A stretch of 64,000 bases of DNA from Thermoplasmata archaeon. GTDB lineage: Archaea; Thermoplasmatota; Thermoplasmata; UBA10834. Below the pieces are notes generated by a model. That model made no database searches, was not told the DNA's origin, and saw nothing but the letters and a program-made list of their open reading frames with translations. Both the position numbers and the translations under genes were made by a program. Position 1 is the first letter of the stretch; every line of letters begins with the position of its first letter. Shown piece after piece: positions 56,872 to 64,000 of the stretch. Location: contig JBFESP010000007.1 of the NCBI GenBank assembly GCA_041548485.1, forward strand, positions 13,679 through 77,678, read 5' to 3'.

Positions 56872-57656
56872 CGAGGTTCGAAGACCTGTACACGGAAGCG
56901 GACACGTTCCTGCACCGGCTCGACCCACGCGTGAAGATGGCATCCGTGCTCATGCTCAGCCTCCTGGCCTTCATCCTGTCCGCCCTGGCATGCCTTCTCG
57001 TGCTACTCATATTCATCATCGTCCTGCTCCTTCTCGCCAGGTCGAGTTACAGGAAGACTGCGTTCGCGATGAAGTTCGTGCTGAGGTTCATGGCGCTGAT
57101 AGCGATTCTATGGCCGCTGTTCGACCCGTCTGGCACCCCCGTTCTTGTCAGGCTGGGGCCTGTGGTGATCACAGAGCCGGGCATATGGAGGGGGTTGGCG
57201 TCCGCCGTTCGAGTCGGTTGCCTCGCGACGGTGTGGTACATACTCATATTCACGACCTCGCAACGGGACCTCGTTCGAGGTTTGGTGAAGCTGGGCCTCC
57301 GGTTCGATTTCGGTCTGTCAATGGCAGTCGCCCTGAGATACTTCCCGACGTTCGGAACCGTGATGGACTCTATCATCGATGCCCAACGGTCGCGTGGCAT
57401 GGAGTTCGAGAAGGGCAACATCCTCGTCCGTGCGAGGAAGTACGTGGCCGTTCTCGGTCCCGCGGTCGTCTCGGCGCTGAAGACCGCGGACATGCTCGCG
57501 CTGGCTCTGCAGTCGAGAGCCTATGGCGCGCGTAGAAACAGGACATACCTCAGGGAACTCAGGATGCGCCCCTCGGACTACGTGGCGTTGACTAGCGCGC
57601 TCGCCCTGTTCATCGTTCCCGCCGTGGCGAAGTACGTCTTCTCCGTACCTATATGA
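56868..57656 (+). CDS. ecfT: ECF transporter transmembrane component EcfT (CbiQ family)
   Basis: DPRVKM start motif, polytopic topology and the conserved ARG-type coupling helices (ALRYFPT...QRSRG). Confidence 0.85.
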   Translation: MTRFEDLYTEADTFLHRLDPRVKMASVLMLSLLAFILSALACLLVLLIFIIVLLLLARSSYRKTAFAMKFVLRFMALIAILWPLFDPSGTPVLVRLGPVVITEPGIWRGLASAVRVGCLATVWYILIFTTSQRDLVRGLVKLGLRFDFGLSMAVALRYFPTFGTVMDSIIDAQRSRGMEFEKGNILVRARKYVAVLGPAVVSALKTADMLALALQSRAYGARRNRTYLRELRMRPSDYVALTSALALFIVPAVAKYVFSVPI

Positions 57657-57702
57657 AGGCTAGATGTTAAGTAGGGCGTCCAGTCTCCGCTGGTCGAGGA
57701 CC

Positions 57703-58275
57703 ATGGCGTCTGGTACGGAGAATGAGGTGGCCTCGGACGACGAGCTCGACCGGTCGGATGGCGCGGGATTTGTTTCCCCAACCATCGTCGCCCGGTACGG
57801 CGTGCTCACGGCCCTGACGGCCGCCGTCACGTTCGCGACCTTCATCTACTTCGCACCCACGAAGGGCTATTTCAACATGGGCGACTCCATGGTGTTCTTC
57901 TGCGCGTTTGCGTTCGGCTGGCGCGCAGGTGCGATATGCGGAGGCGTGGGGTCCGCCGTTGCCGATGTCCTGCTCGGGGCGGGGTTCTTCGCACCGTACA
58001 CATTGGTGGCCAAAGGCTCGGAGGGCCTCGTCGCCGGCGTCATAGGCCGCCTCAACGGCGGCAGCAAGCTTGCGAAGGTGTCCGGCGTCGCTGCAGGAGG
58101 CACATGCATGGTGGTCACGTACCTGCTGTGCGAGGTATTCCTCCTTGACGTCGGCTGGGGCGCCGCACTCGCGGAAGCCCCTGGCAACGTGATCCAGGTC
58201 GTCGTCGGCGGGACGGTGGGCATACTGCTCGCATGGTATGTCAAGCGCGCCTACCCGTCCTCCGGCGCGCTTTAG
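57703..58275 (+). CDS. probable ECF transporter substrate-specific (S) component
   Basis: About 190 aa and 5-6 TM, with Gly-rich helices (GYFNMGDSMVFFCAFAFGWRAGAICGGVGSAVADVL). Sits immediately downstream of ecfA-A'-T. Substrate unknown. Confidence 0.55.
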   Translation: MASGTENEVASDDELDRSDGAGFVSPTIVARYGVLTALTAAVTFATFIYFAPTKGYFNMGDSMVFFCAFAFGWRAGAICGGVGSAVADVLLGAGFFAPYTLVAKGSEGLVAGVIGRLNGGSKLAKVSGVAAGGTCMVVTYLLCEVFLLDVGWGAALAEAPGNVIQVVVGGTVGILLAWYVKRAYPSSGAL

Positions 58276-58283
58276 ATGTCGCG

Positions 58284-59756
58284 TCACTTCCTTAGCCTAG
58301 CGAGTTCCTTATCGCCTATCTTGTCCCTTGGCATAAGCCTCTTCATGCCTGCCATCATGTTCATCCCGAAGTTCATTAAAACTGCGGGCAGCGATATGCC
58401 GAAGCGCGTCCCTGTCTCGACGACCTTGCCAGGGTTCATGATGCCGTAGGGGTCCATGAGCGCTTTGACTCTGCGGATGAGCTCCGCACCCTCCCTGCCG
58501 CGGTAACGGTCGAGGTTCCCCGCGAAGAACAGACCGAGGCCGACCGGTCTCCCGCCGTTCTCGAAGGCGATGTCTCCGAGCTTCTTGCCGAAACCCATCG
58601 CCGCCGTCGTGCGGAAGAAGTTGTGATCATCCGTCAGATAGTAGGGCATCAGCATGACCGTGTTTCTGTCTGCCACAGTCCCGATGACCGGCCCCTTGAG
58701 CTTCATCTTCTGCACGAGCGCCCGGGTCTCCGCCAGGACCCTCTCGAACGATTCTATCGGGACGAGTATTTCCCCTGGGATGGCTCCGGCGCCCATCTCC
58801 CTGACCCTGAACTCGTAGCTCCGCTCGGACCACTCGTGCTCCGCGACTTCGGAAGGCATCTTCTCCGCGCCGGATGAAGTCATGATCTCGTCTAGTCCCT
58901 TCTCCTCGAGGTCGACGGCGTCCTTTGACCCAGTGAGCGCGCATGTGACCATGCAACCCACCTCGGGCGCGTCCTTGCCCACAGCCCTGAGATACTCGAA
59001 GTGGGCCCTGTCCCCGAACATGATGTGCATCGGCTCTATATCGCTCCTGACGAGCTTGCGCAGTGCGGGAGTCATGTGGGCCAGGTCGTCGAACGAGTAC
59101 GCGACCGCCCTCAGCACCTCAGGCTTCGGCAGCACATTGAGCGTCACCTCCGTTATCACTCCGAGTATCCCCTCGGAGCCGACGAACAACCAGTTCAGGT
59201 TCGGTCCGCCACCGCTCGCAGCGACGTACTTGTCACCCGTGTGTATGGTCCGTCCTATCGGCAGCACGACCTCCAGGTCCCTTATCAGGTTTCCCGCCGT
59301 GCCGTACTTGTACGCTCCTATGCCCGTCCCACCGGTGCCTATCCACCCACCGAGGGTGGCGGAGGGCGCGCTGCTCGGATAGCACGGGAGGAATAGCCCC
59401 TTAGCGTCGAGGGCGTCCCCGAGGGCCTTCCAGGTAATTCCCGGCTGCGCCGTGACGACGAGGTTCTTCTCGTCTATGGAGACAATCTTGTTCATCGCGG
59501 TCATGTCTAGGACGTATCCTCCCTGGACCGGCACCGCGCCACCTAGGCCCCACGTGCCAGCTCCTCTGGGGACGATTGGCTTCTTCGTGGCGGCCGCCTT
59601 GGCCATCATCTGTGCCACCTCCTCCGAATACTGCGGTCTCACGACCTGGTCCGGGGTGGTCTTGAATATCAGGTCCATCTCCTTCGGGAGTGGTGCAAGG
59701 TCGTGGCTGTACAGTCTCCTCTCGAGCTTGTCATCAGAGGTCTCCATCATGAACAC
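58284..59756 (-). CDS. FAD-linked oxidase (GlcD / D-lactate dehydrogenase-like)
   Basis: FAD_binding_4 motif VPRGAGTWGLGGAVP and a C-terminal FAD-oxidase_C-like domain. Confidence 0.82.
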   Translation of the reverse strand: MFMMETSDDKLERRLYSHDLAPLPKEMDLIFKTTPDQVVRPQYSEEVAQMMAKAAATKKPIVPRGAGTWGLGGAVPVQGGYVLDMTAMNKIVSIDEKNLVVTAQPGITWKALGDALDAKGLFLPCYPSSAPSATLGGWIGTGGTGIGAYKYGTAGNLIRDLEVVLPIGRTIHTGDKYVAASGGGPNLNWLFVGSEGILGVITEVTLNVLPKPEVLRAVAYSFDDLAHMTPALRKLVRSDIEPMHIMFGDRAHFEYLRAVGKDAPEVGCMVTCALTGSKDAVDLEEKGLDEIMTSSGAEKMPSEVAEHEWSERSYEFRVREMGAGAIPGEILVPIESFERVLAETRALVQKMKLKGPVIGTVADRNTVMLMPYYLTDDHNFFRTTAAMGFGKKLGDIAFENGGRPVGLGLFFAGNLDRYRGREGAELIRRVKALMDPYGIMNPGKVVETGTRFGISLPAVLMNFGMNMMAGMKRLMPRDKIGDKELARLRK

Positions 59757-59964
59757 CTACTCGGTAACGATTGTGGTGCGGGCATACGAGCCCGCGGAAG
59801 GCAGTAAGCCGTCTTCCCCAATAAAACCTACACCTTCACCCGCCACTGACCCCGAGGGGCTGTCTGCTTTTCGTCATCCTGCCCCGTCCCGACGTCGAAA
59901 GCTTCTTATCTGACCGTTCAGTGGGATATACGCGGACAGAGACGAAACGGGGAGATGATTACAG

Positions 59965-60837
59965 ATGGGCGCCACGTTGAGAACGGTCGGATTATTCACG
60001 CTACTCATACTGCTGTTCTCGGTCATCGGATACGTGATTGGTGGAGAGTTCATGGAAAACTGGATGATGGGTGCAGCGATATTCCTGGCTCTTGCAGCAG
60101 TCATTAACATAATCAGCTACTTCTACAGCTCGAAGATAGTGCTCTGGTCCTATCGGGCCAAGATCGTCTCAGAATCGGAGGCGCCCCGCCTCTTCAAGAT
60201 AGTCAAGTACATCTGCATGAAGAGCGACATGCCGATGCCGAGAATAGCCGTCGTGCCGACGAAGACACCCAACGCCTTCGCGACCGGCCGGAACAAGAAC
60301 AACGCGGTCGTCGCCGCGACCGAGGGGTTGGTGCTCCTGCTGAACGACGATGAGCTGGAGGGAGTACTCGCACATGAGATGGCACACGTGAAGAACCGCG
60401 ACATACTCGTGATGACGATCGCAGCCACCATCGCAGGCGCGATATCCTTCGCCGCGCGAATGCTGTGGTGGAACATGATCCTGGGCCGCAGGGGGGGAAG
60501 CGGCAACCCGTGGCTCCTCCTCGTGGTCGCGATTACCGCCCCGCTGGCCGCGCTCTTGATCCAGTTGGCGATATCGAGAAGCAGGGAATACAAGGCGGAT
60601 AGGGCCGGCGCGTTGATGATACAGCGCCCCCTGGCCCTGGCAAGGGCCCTTCAGAAGCTTGAGGACGCGAACATTCGCAGACCCATGACGAGAGGCAACC
60701 CTGCCAGCTCGAGCATGTTCATAGTCAACCCGTTCAGAGGTGGCGGGTTCTTCAGGCTCTTCACGACACATCCGCCGATGAAGACGCGGATCGAGAAGCT
60801 GAACAAGCTGGCGGAAGAGACGGGACTCATAGGTTGA
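59965..60837 (+). CDS. htpX: zinc metalloprotease HtpX (M48)
   Basis: HEMAHVKNRD zinc motif, four TM segments and the downstream Glu in SREYKAD. Confidence 0.9.
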   Translation: MGATLRTVGLFTLLILLFSVIGYVIGGEFMENWMMGAAIFLALAAVINIISYFYSSKIVLWSYRAKIVSESEAPRLFKIVKYICMKSDMPMPRIAVVPTKTPNAFATGRNKNNAVVAATEGLVLLLNDDELEGVLAHEMAHVKNRDILVMTIAATIAGAISFAARMLWWNMILGRRGGSGNPWLLLVVAITAPLAALLIQLAISRSREYKADRAGALMIQRPLALARALQKLEDANIRRPMTRGNPASSSMFIVNPFRGGGFFRLFTTHPPMKTRIEKLNKLAEETGLIG

Positions 60838-60849
60838 ATCGTCGTAGGC

Positions 60850-62142
60850 TCAGCCGATCTTCTCCCAATCCTCCAGTCTCAGGACGCTCGAGAGCGTGCC
60901 CCCCTGCTTGATCTCCTCTCTGAGCCGCTCCTCTCTCTCCGAGACGTCCACTGCACGGTTCGCCACCTCGACCGCGTTCTCCCTTGGCACGACGACCACC
61001 CCGCTCTCGTCCCCTATGATCCAGTCCCCTGTCTTCACGGGGACTCCGCCACAGACGATCTCGTGGCCGATCCCGCCGTACCCCTTCGGCTCCCCGGCGT
61101 TCGGCGCGATGTGCCTCGAGAAGCACGGGAAGTCCATCTCGACGATCGCGTCGACATCCCTGGCAGCGCCGTCGATGACCACGCCAACGACTCCCTTCGT
61201 CCTGCAGCTCCAGGATGCCAACTCGCCCCATACTGCGGTCTCTCCCCCGCATGCGTCGATCACCACCACGTCTCCGACCTGCGCCCGATCGATCGCCTCC
61301 ACGGATTTGGCCCAGTCTCCGTTGACCGTTTGCACCGTGATCGCCCTCCCGACCATCCTGGTGCCGTGGCGTATCCTGGGGATGATGCCCTTCATGGCGC
61401 CCTTCTTGTGCTGGGCATCGGCGATGTTTGGAGAGGATACCTTGGAGAATGCCTCGACTAGGTCCTCCTGCGAGTACTTCCTGAAGCGCTCCGAATGCAC
61501 GGTCTCTCCTGTCTCGATGGCCTTCTTGACCGCCGCGGAGGCCTCGGCGGCGTCCCGGGCCTTGATGATCGCCCCGCCTACTATGACTATCGACGCACCG
61601 GACCGGACGACCTCAGCCGCGGTCTCGCTGTTGATGCCGCCGGCCGCGGCTACAGGAATACCCACCGCCTCGACCACTCTCCTCAGTTCCTCGAGCGGCG
61701 ACCCCCCGACCATCTGCTCGTCCACGCCCACATGTACACAGACGTAGTCCACGCCCATCTCTTCGAGCTGCTTCGCCCTCGATACCTTGTCAGGGGTGTT
61801 GAACAGGTCCGCCATGACCTTGGCGCCGTACTGCCGCGCACTGAGCAGAGCCTCCGTGATGGTGGGGTCGGACGAGAGGGCGAGGACCGTGACGATGTCC
61901 GCCCCTGATTTGGCGGCAATCTCCACCTCTGCTCCGCCAACGTCTATTGTCTTCATGTCCGCTACGACGGTCGTCGCCGGGAACGCCTTCTTGAGCTCGC
62001 GTACTATGCCGACCCCCTCACTCTTGATCAGTGGCGTGCCAACCTCTATCCAGTCGGCCCCTCCACTGACTGCCTCCGAGGCGATCGTCAATGCCCTTTC
62101 CGCGTGTATCAGATCCAGTGCGACCTGTAGAACGGGCCTCAT
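60850..62142 (-). CDS. 3-hexulose-6-phosphate synthase fused to an RraA-like (demethylmenaquinone methyltransferase-like) domain
   Basis: The N-terminal half has LQVALDL...ADWIEVGTPLIK...VADMKTIDVG (OMPDC-family HPS). The C-terminal half has GDVVVIDACGGETAVWGELAS...GVVIDGAARD (RraA fold). TTTTTAAT lies 25 nt upstream of ATG 62142. Confidence 0.8.
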   Translation of the reverse strand: MRPVLQVALDLIHAERALTIASEAVSGGADWIEVGTPLIKSEGVGIVRELKKAFPATTVVADMKTIDVGGAEVEIAAKSGADIVTVLALSSDPTITEALLSARQYGAKVMADLFNTPDKVSRAKQLEEMGVDYVCVHVGVDEQMVGGSPLEELRRVVEAVGIPVAAAGGINSETAAEVVRSGASIVIVGGAIIKARDAAEASAAVKKAIETGETVHSERFRKYSQEDLVEAFSKVSSPNIADAQHKKGAMKGIIPRIRHGTRMVGRAITVQTVNGDWAKSVEAIDRAQVGDVVVIDACGGETAVWGELASWSCRTKGVVGVVIDGAARDVDAIVEMDFPCFSRHIAPNAGEPKGYGGIGHEIVCGGVPVKTGDWIIGDESGVVVVPRENAVEVANRAVDVSEREERLREEIKQGGTLSSVLRLEDWEKIG

Positions 62143-62255
62143 CGGTCGGAATGACCGCTGTCCCTGATTAAAAACCTGTCTGAGTGGCGGTTCAGCGTGC
62201 GGAGCATGCGTGCAAGAAACAATAATAAGTGAATCACAGCATTCTGCGGAGTGCA

Positions 62256-63008
62256 ATGGTTCATAGGCGAGTCGACAGAGACCGGTGTGGGACGGGCATC
62301 GACGGCTTCGACACCGTTCTGTACGGCGGCATCCCCCGGGCCAATACCGTGCTGCTCACGGGCAGCTGTGGGACTGGCAAGACATCACTCGCGCTGGAGT
62401 TCCTCATACATGGTGCGCTGAAGGGGGAGAACTCGTTGTTCATCTCCGTCACCGAGAACTCCGAGAAGATGCTAGCGAACATCATACCCTACAACTTCTT
62501 CGAGGAATCCCTCATAAAGTCGGGCAAGCTGGTCTTCGTGGACCTCCCCGTTATGTACGAGCGCCTTGGGATGACCAAGGCGGAGCTCACGATGGAGGAG
62601 ATCGACCTCCTGGTAGCCGCCATCGCCAGCCTCGCGCGGGAACTCGCCACGAAGCGGCTCGTGATCGATTCGATAACCTCCGTGTGTTACAAACTGAAGA
62701 CATCTGAGAAGATCCGGGACTTCATACTGAAGCTCAGCAAGGCGCTGACCGATGTGGACTGCACGTCCATCCTGGTCAGCGAGATGTCGGCACAGGCGAG
62801 TTCGTACTCGATGTTCGGCGTCGAGGAGGCCATATCCGACGGGATCGTGCTCATGGCAAACATGGAGCGGCGCGGAGACCTGCTGAGGACACTGCAGGTC
62901 ATCAAGATGCGTGGTACGATGCACTCGAGGGCGAAGTACGTGCTGGACCTCACGCCCGAGGGCGTGCTCCTCGCACCTTTGCTGAAAGGAGGGAGCACCG
63001 GGACATGA
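62256..63008 (+). CDS. single-domain KaiC/RecA-superfamily ATPase (intact P-loop)
   Basis: GTGIDGFDTVLYGGIPRANTVLLTGSCGTGKTSLALEF, Walker B RLVIDSIT, and VIKMRGTMH. AATAATAAG lies about 27 nt upstream of ATG 62256. Confidence 0.85.
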   Translation: MVHRRVDRDRCGTGIDGFDTVLYGGIPRANTVLLTGSCGTGKTSLALEFLIHGALKGENSLFISVTENSEKMLANIIPYNFFEESLIKSGKLVFVDLPVMYERLGMTKAELTMEEIDLLVAAIASLARELATKRLVIDSITSVCYKLKTSEKIRDFILKLSKALTDVDCTSILVSEMSAQASSYSMFGVEEAISDGIVLMANMERRGDLLRTLQVIKMRGTMHSRAKYVLDLTPEGVLLAPLLKGGSTGT

Positions 63009-63595
63009 GCGACAAGCTCGTGGCGCAGAACATCTTCGACGAGCTGATGGAGGCCCCGCCGTCGTCCGCGGTGTCGCTCCAGATGTCGATAGACCATTAT
63101 CTCGATGTCCTGAGGGGCGTGCTGGACCTCTTCGCATCGAAGAAGGAAGCGGACGTGATATACGTCACGTCCACGATATCGTTCGACGCGATCAAGAGGG
63201 TGCTGGAAGCCCTCGACATCAAGACCTCGCGGGTGTTCTTCGTCGACTGCATCTCACACATGACCATGGGCGCGTCGTCCGGGAAGATGGACGAGCACAC
63301 TGCCTTGGTCGAGAGCCCGACTATGCTGGAGAACATCATGCTGAAGGTCGAGTACCTCATCCGCCTCTCGGAGGCCGGCGAGAAGATAGTCGTGCTCGAC
63401 TCGATAAACTCGCTGGCGATTCACAACAACAACTGGATACTCTCGGAGTTCCTCCACATACTCGTGTCCGGCCTGAGAGCGAGGAACGTGTACACGGTAA
63501 TCCTGTCGGTCGAGGAGCACTCGACCCCCGAGATCAACAACATGGTCAACCTCGTCTGCGACCACGGCGTCCGCACGAATCTGAAGGAGGAATGA
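63005..63595 (+). CDS. KaiC/DUF835-like protein lacking a P-loop
   Basis: ATGA overlap with the upstream gene. No GxxGxGK[ST]. Retains the Walker-B-like KIVVLDSINSLAIHNN and the overall strand pattern of the DUF835 protein at 20959-21468. Confidence 0.65.
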   Translation: MSDKLVAQNIFDELMEAPPSSAVSLQMSIDHYLDVLRGVLDLFASKKEADVIYVTSTISFDAIKRVLEALDIKTSRVFFVDCISHMTMGASSGKMDEHTALVESPTMLENIMLKVEYLIRLSEAGEKIVVLDSINSLAIHNNNWILSEFLHILVSGLRARNVYTVILSVEEHSTPEINNMVNLVCDHGVRTNLKEE

Positions 63596-63596
63596 T

Positions 63597-64000
63597 GTGA
63601 AGCTCACGAGCATAGGGATCAAAGCGCTGGACGAGCACCTGGGGGGCGGCGTCCAGAAGGGATCGACGCTTCTGATCATGGGCAACCCCGGCTCGGGCAC
63701 CGAGTTCTTCGCGAAGCAGTTCGCCAGCACGGGCGAGGAGGCCGTGACGTACTTCACCTCGACGGAGCGCGACGAGGACGTCCTGAGCGTCATGCGGGAG
63801 TACGGATGGAAGACGGACATCTCGATAGTCAACATAGGTACGAAGTACTACGAGAGCGTCCTCGCCAAGAAGCTGGAGATAAGCCGGTTCCGGCAGGAGG
63901 GCATAACCCTCTCGGACATCAGGAGGTTCGAGGAGAAGGACATGCACAAGGAGGAGAACCTCCTCACGTTCCTGTCATACGAGATATCGAAGCTGGAGCC
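63597..64000 (+). CDS. KaiC-like protein with a degenerate Walker A, 3'-truncated by the window edge
   Basis: GTG 63597 lies 1 nt after the upstream stop. My translation is VKLTSIGIKALDEHLGGGVQKGSTLLIMGNPGSGTEFFAKQFASTGEEAVTYFTSTERDEDVL..., with GSGTE in place of GSGKT/S. Not in the ORF track because no stop falls inside the window. Confidence 0.6.
   Translation, partial: MKLTSIGIKALDEHLGGGVQKGSTLLIMGNPGSGTEFFAKQFASTGEEAVTYFTSTERDEDVLSVMREYGWKTDISIVNIGTKYYESVLAKKLEISRFRQEGITLSDIRRFEEKDMHKEENLLTFLSYEISKLE

Noticed and set aside
1-64000. Scan of the whole window for CRISPR arrays, tRNA or rRNA genes, IS elements, integrases and prophage genes.
   Set aside because: I saw no regularly spaced 25-40 nt repeats, no T-loop GGTTCGAATCC-type motifs in the intergenic gaps, no rRNA-like conserved blocks, and no transposase or integrase motifs in any supported ORF. 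This was a by-eye scan; tRNAscan-SE, Infernal and a CRISPR finder should confirm it.
1-64000. Stop-codon recoding (pyrrolysine TAG or selenocysteine TGA) or programmed frameshifts in the recognised genes.
   Set aside because: All recognised genes read through uninterrupted to family-typical lengths. TAG is used as an ordinary stop (for example the Mut7-C fragment, the DUF131 gene, gap and cdc48). The only frame break seen, near 22679, is in a truncated remnant.

Overview
Archaeal chromosomal segment. PolD small subunit, TFB, Orc1/Cdc6, the A1Ao ATP synthase operon atpHIKECFABD, TiaS, Gar1, ribosomal protein LX, PriS and a Sec11-type signal peptidase indicate a Euryarchaeota-type lineage; I cannot name the taxon from sequence alone. 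The DNA is GC-rich with strong G/C third-position bias in core genes. Many genes look leaderless or short-leadered, with TATA-like boxes about 25-35 nt upstream of the start. I support about 70 protein-coding genes, mostly housekeeping: purine and GMP synthesis, SAH hydrolase, CoA synthesis, CDC48, tRNA splicing endonuclease, GAPDH, the SRP receptor/prefoldin/LX cluster, an ECF transporter, HtpX and an HPS-RraA fusion. I recognised no rRNA, tRNA, CRISPR array, transposase or integrase. A replication origin with inverted ORB-like repeats flanking an AT-rich stretch lies directly upstream of orc1/cdc6 (42518-42899). The candidates most worth a second look are: (1) a translationally coupled V4R / KaiC-like ATPase / DUF835 module (20959-22570), next to a frameshifted, truncated CYTH-like gene remnant; (2) a second KaiC-like cluster at the right edge with one intact and two P-loop-degenerate paralogues (62256-64000, runs off the window); (3) a 1165-aa surface protein with a type IV pilin-like signal and FG-GAP repeats, divergently paired with a wHTH + STAND-like NTPase whose P-loop lacks the lysine (15545-20364); (4) a membrane-anchored wHTH regulator, a direct repeat, a small secreted Cys-bracketed aromatic peptide and a signal peptidase (39105-41289); (5) a 28-codon hydrophobic micro-ORF tacked onto the 3' end of the ATP synthase operon. 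None of these is proven to be a new system. All family assignments come from motif recognition by eye and need profile searches. Many long ORFs in the supplied track are antisense or alternate-frame shadows typical of GC-rich DNA and were discarded.
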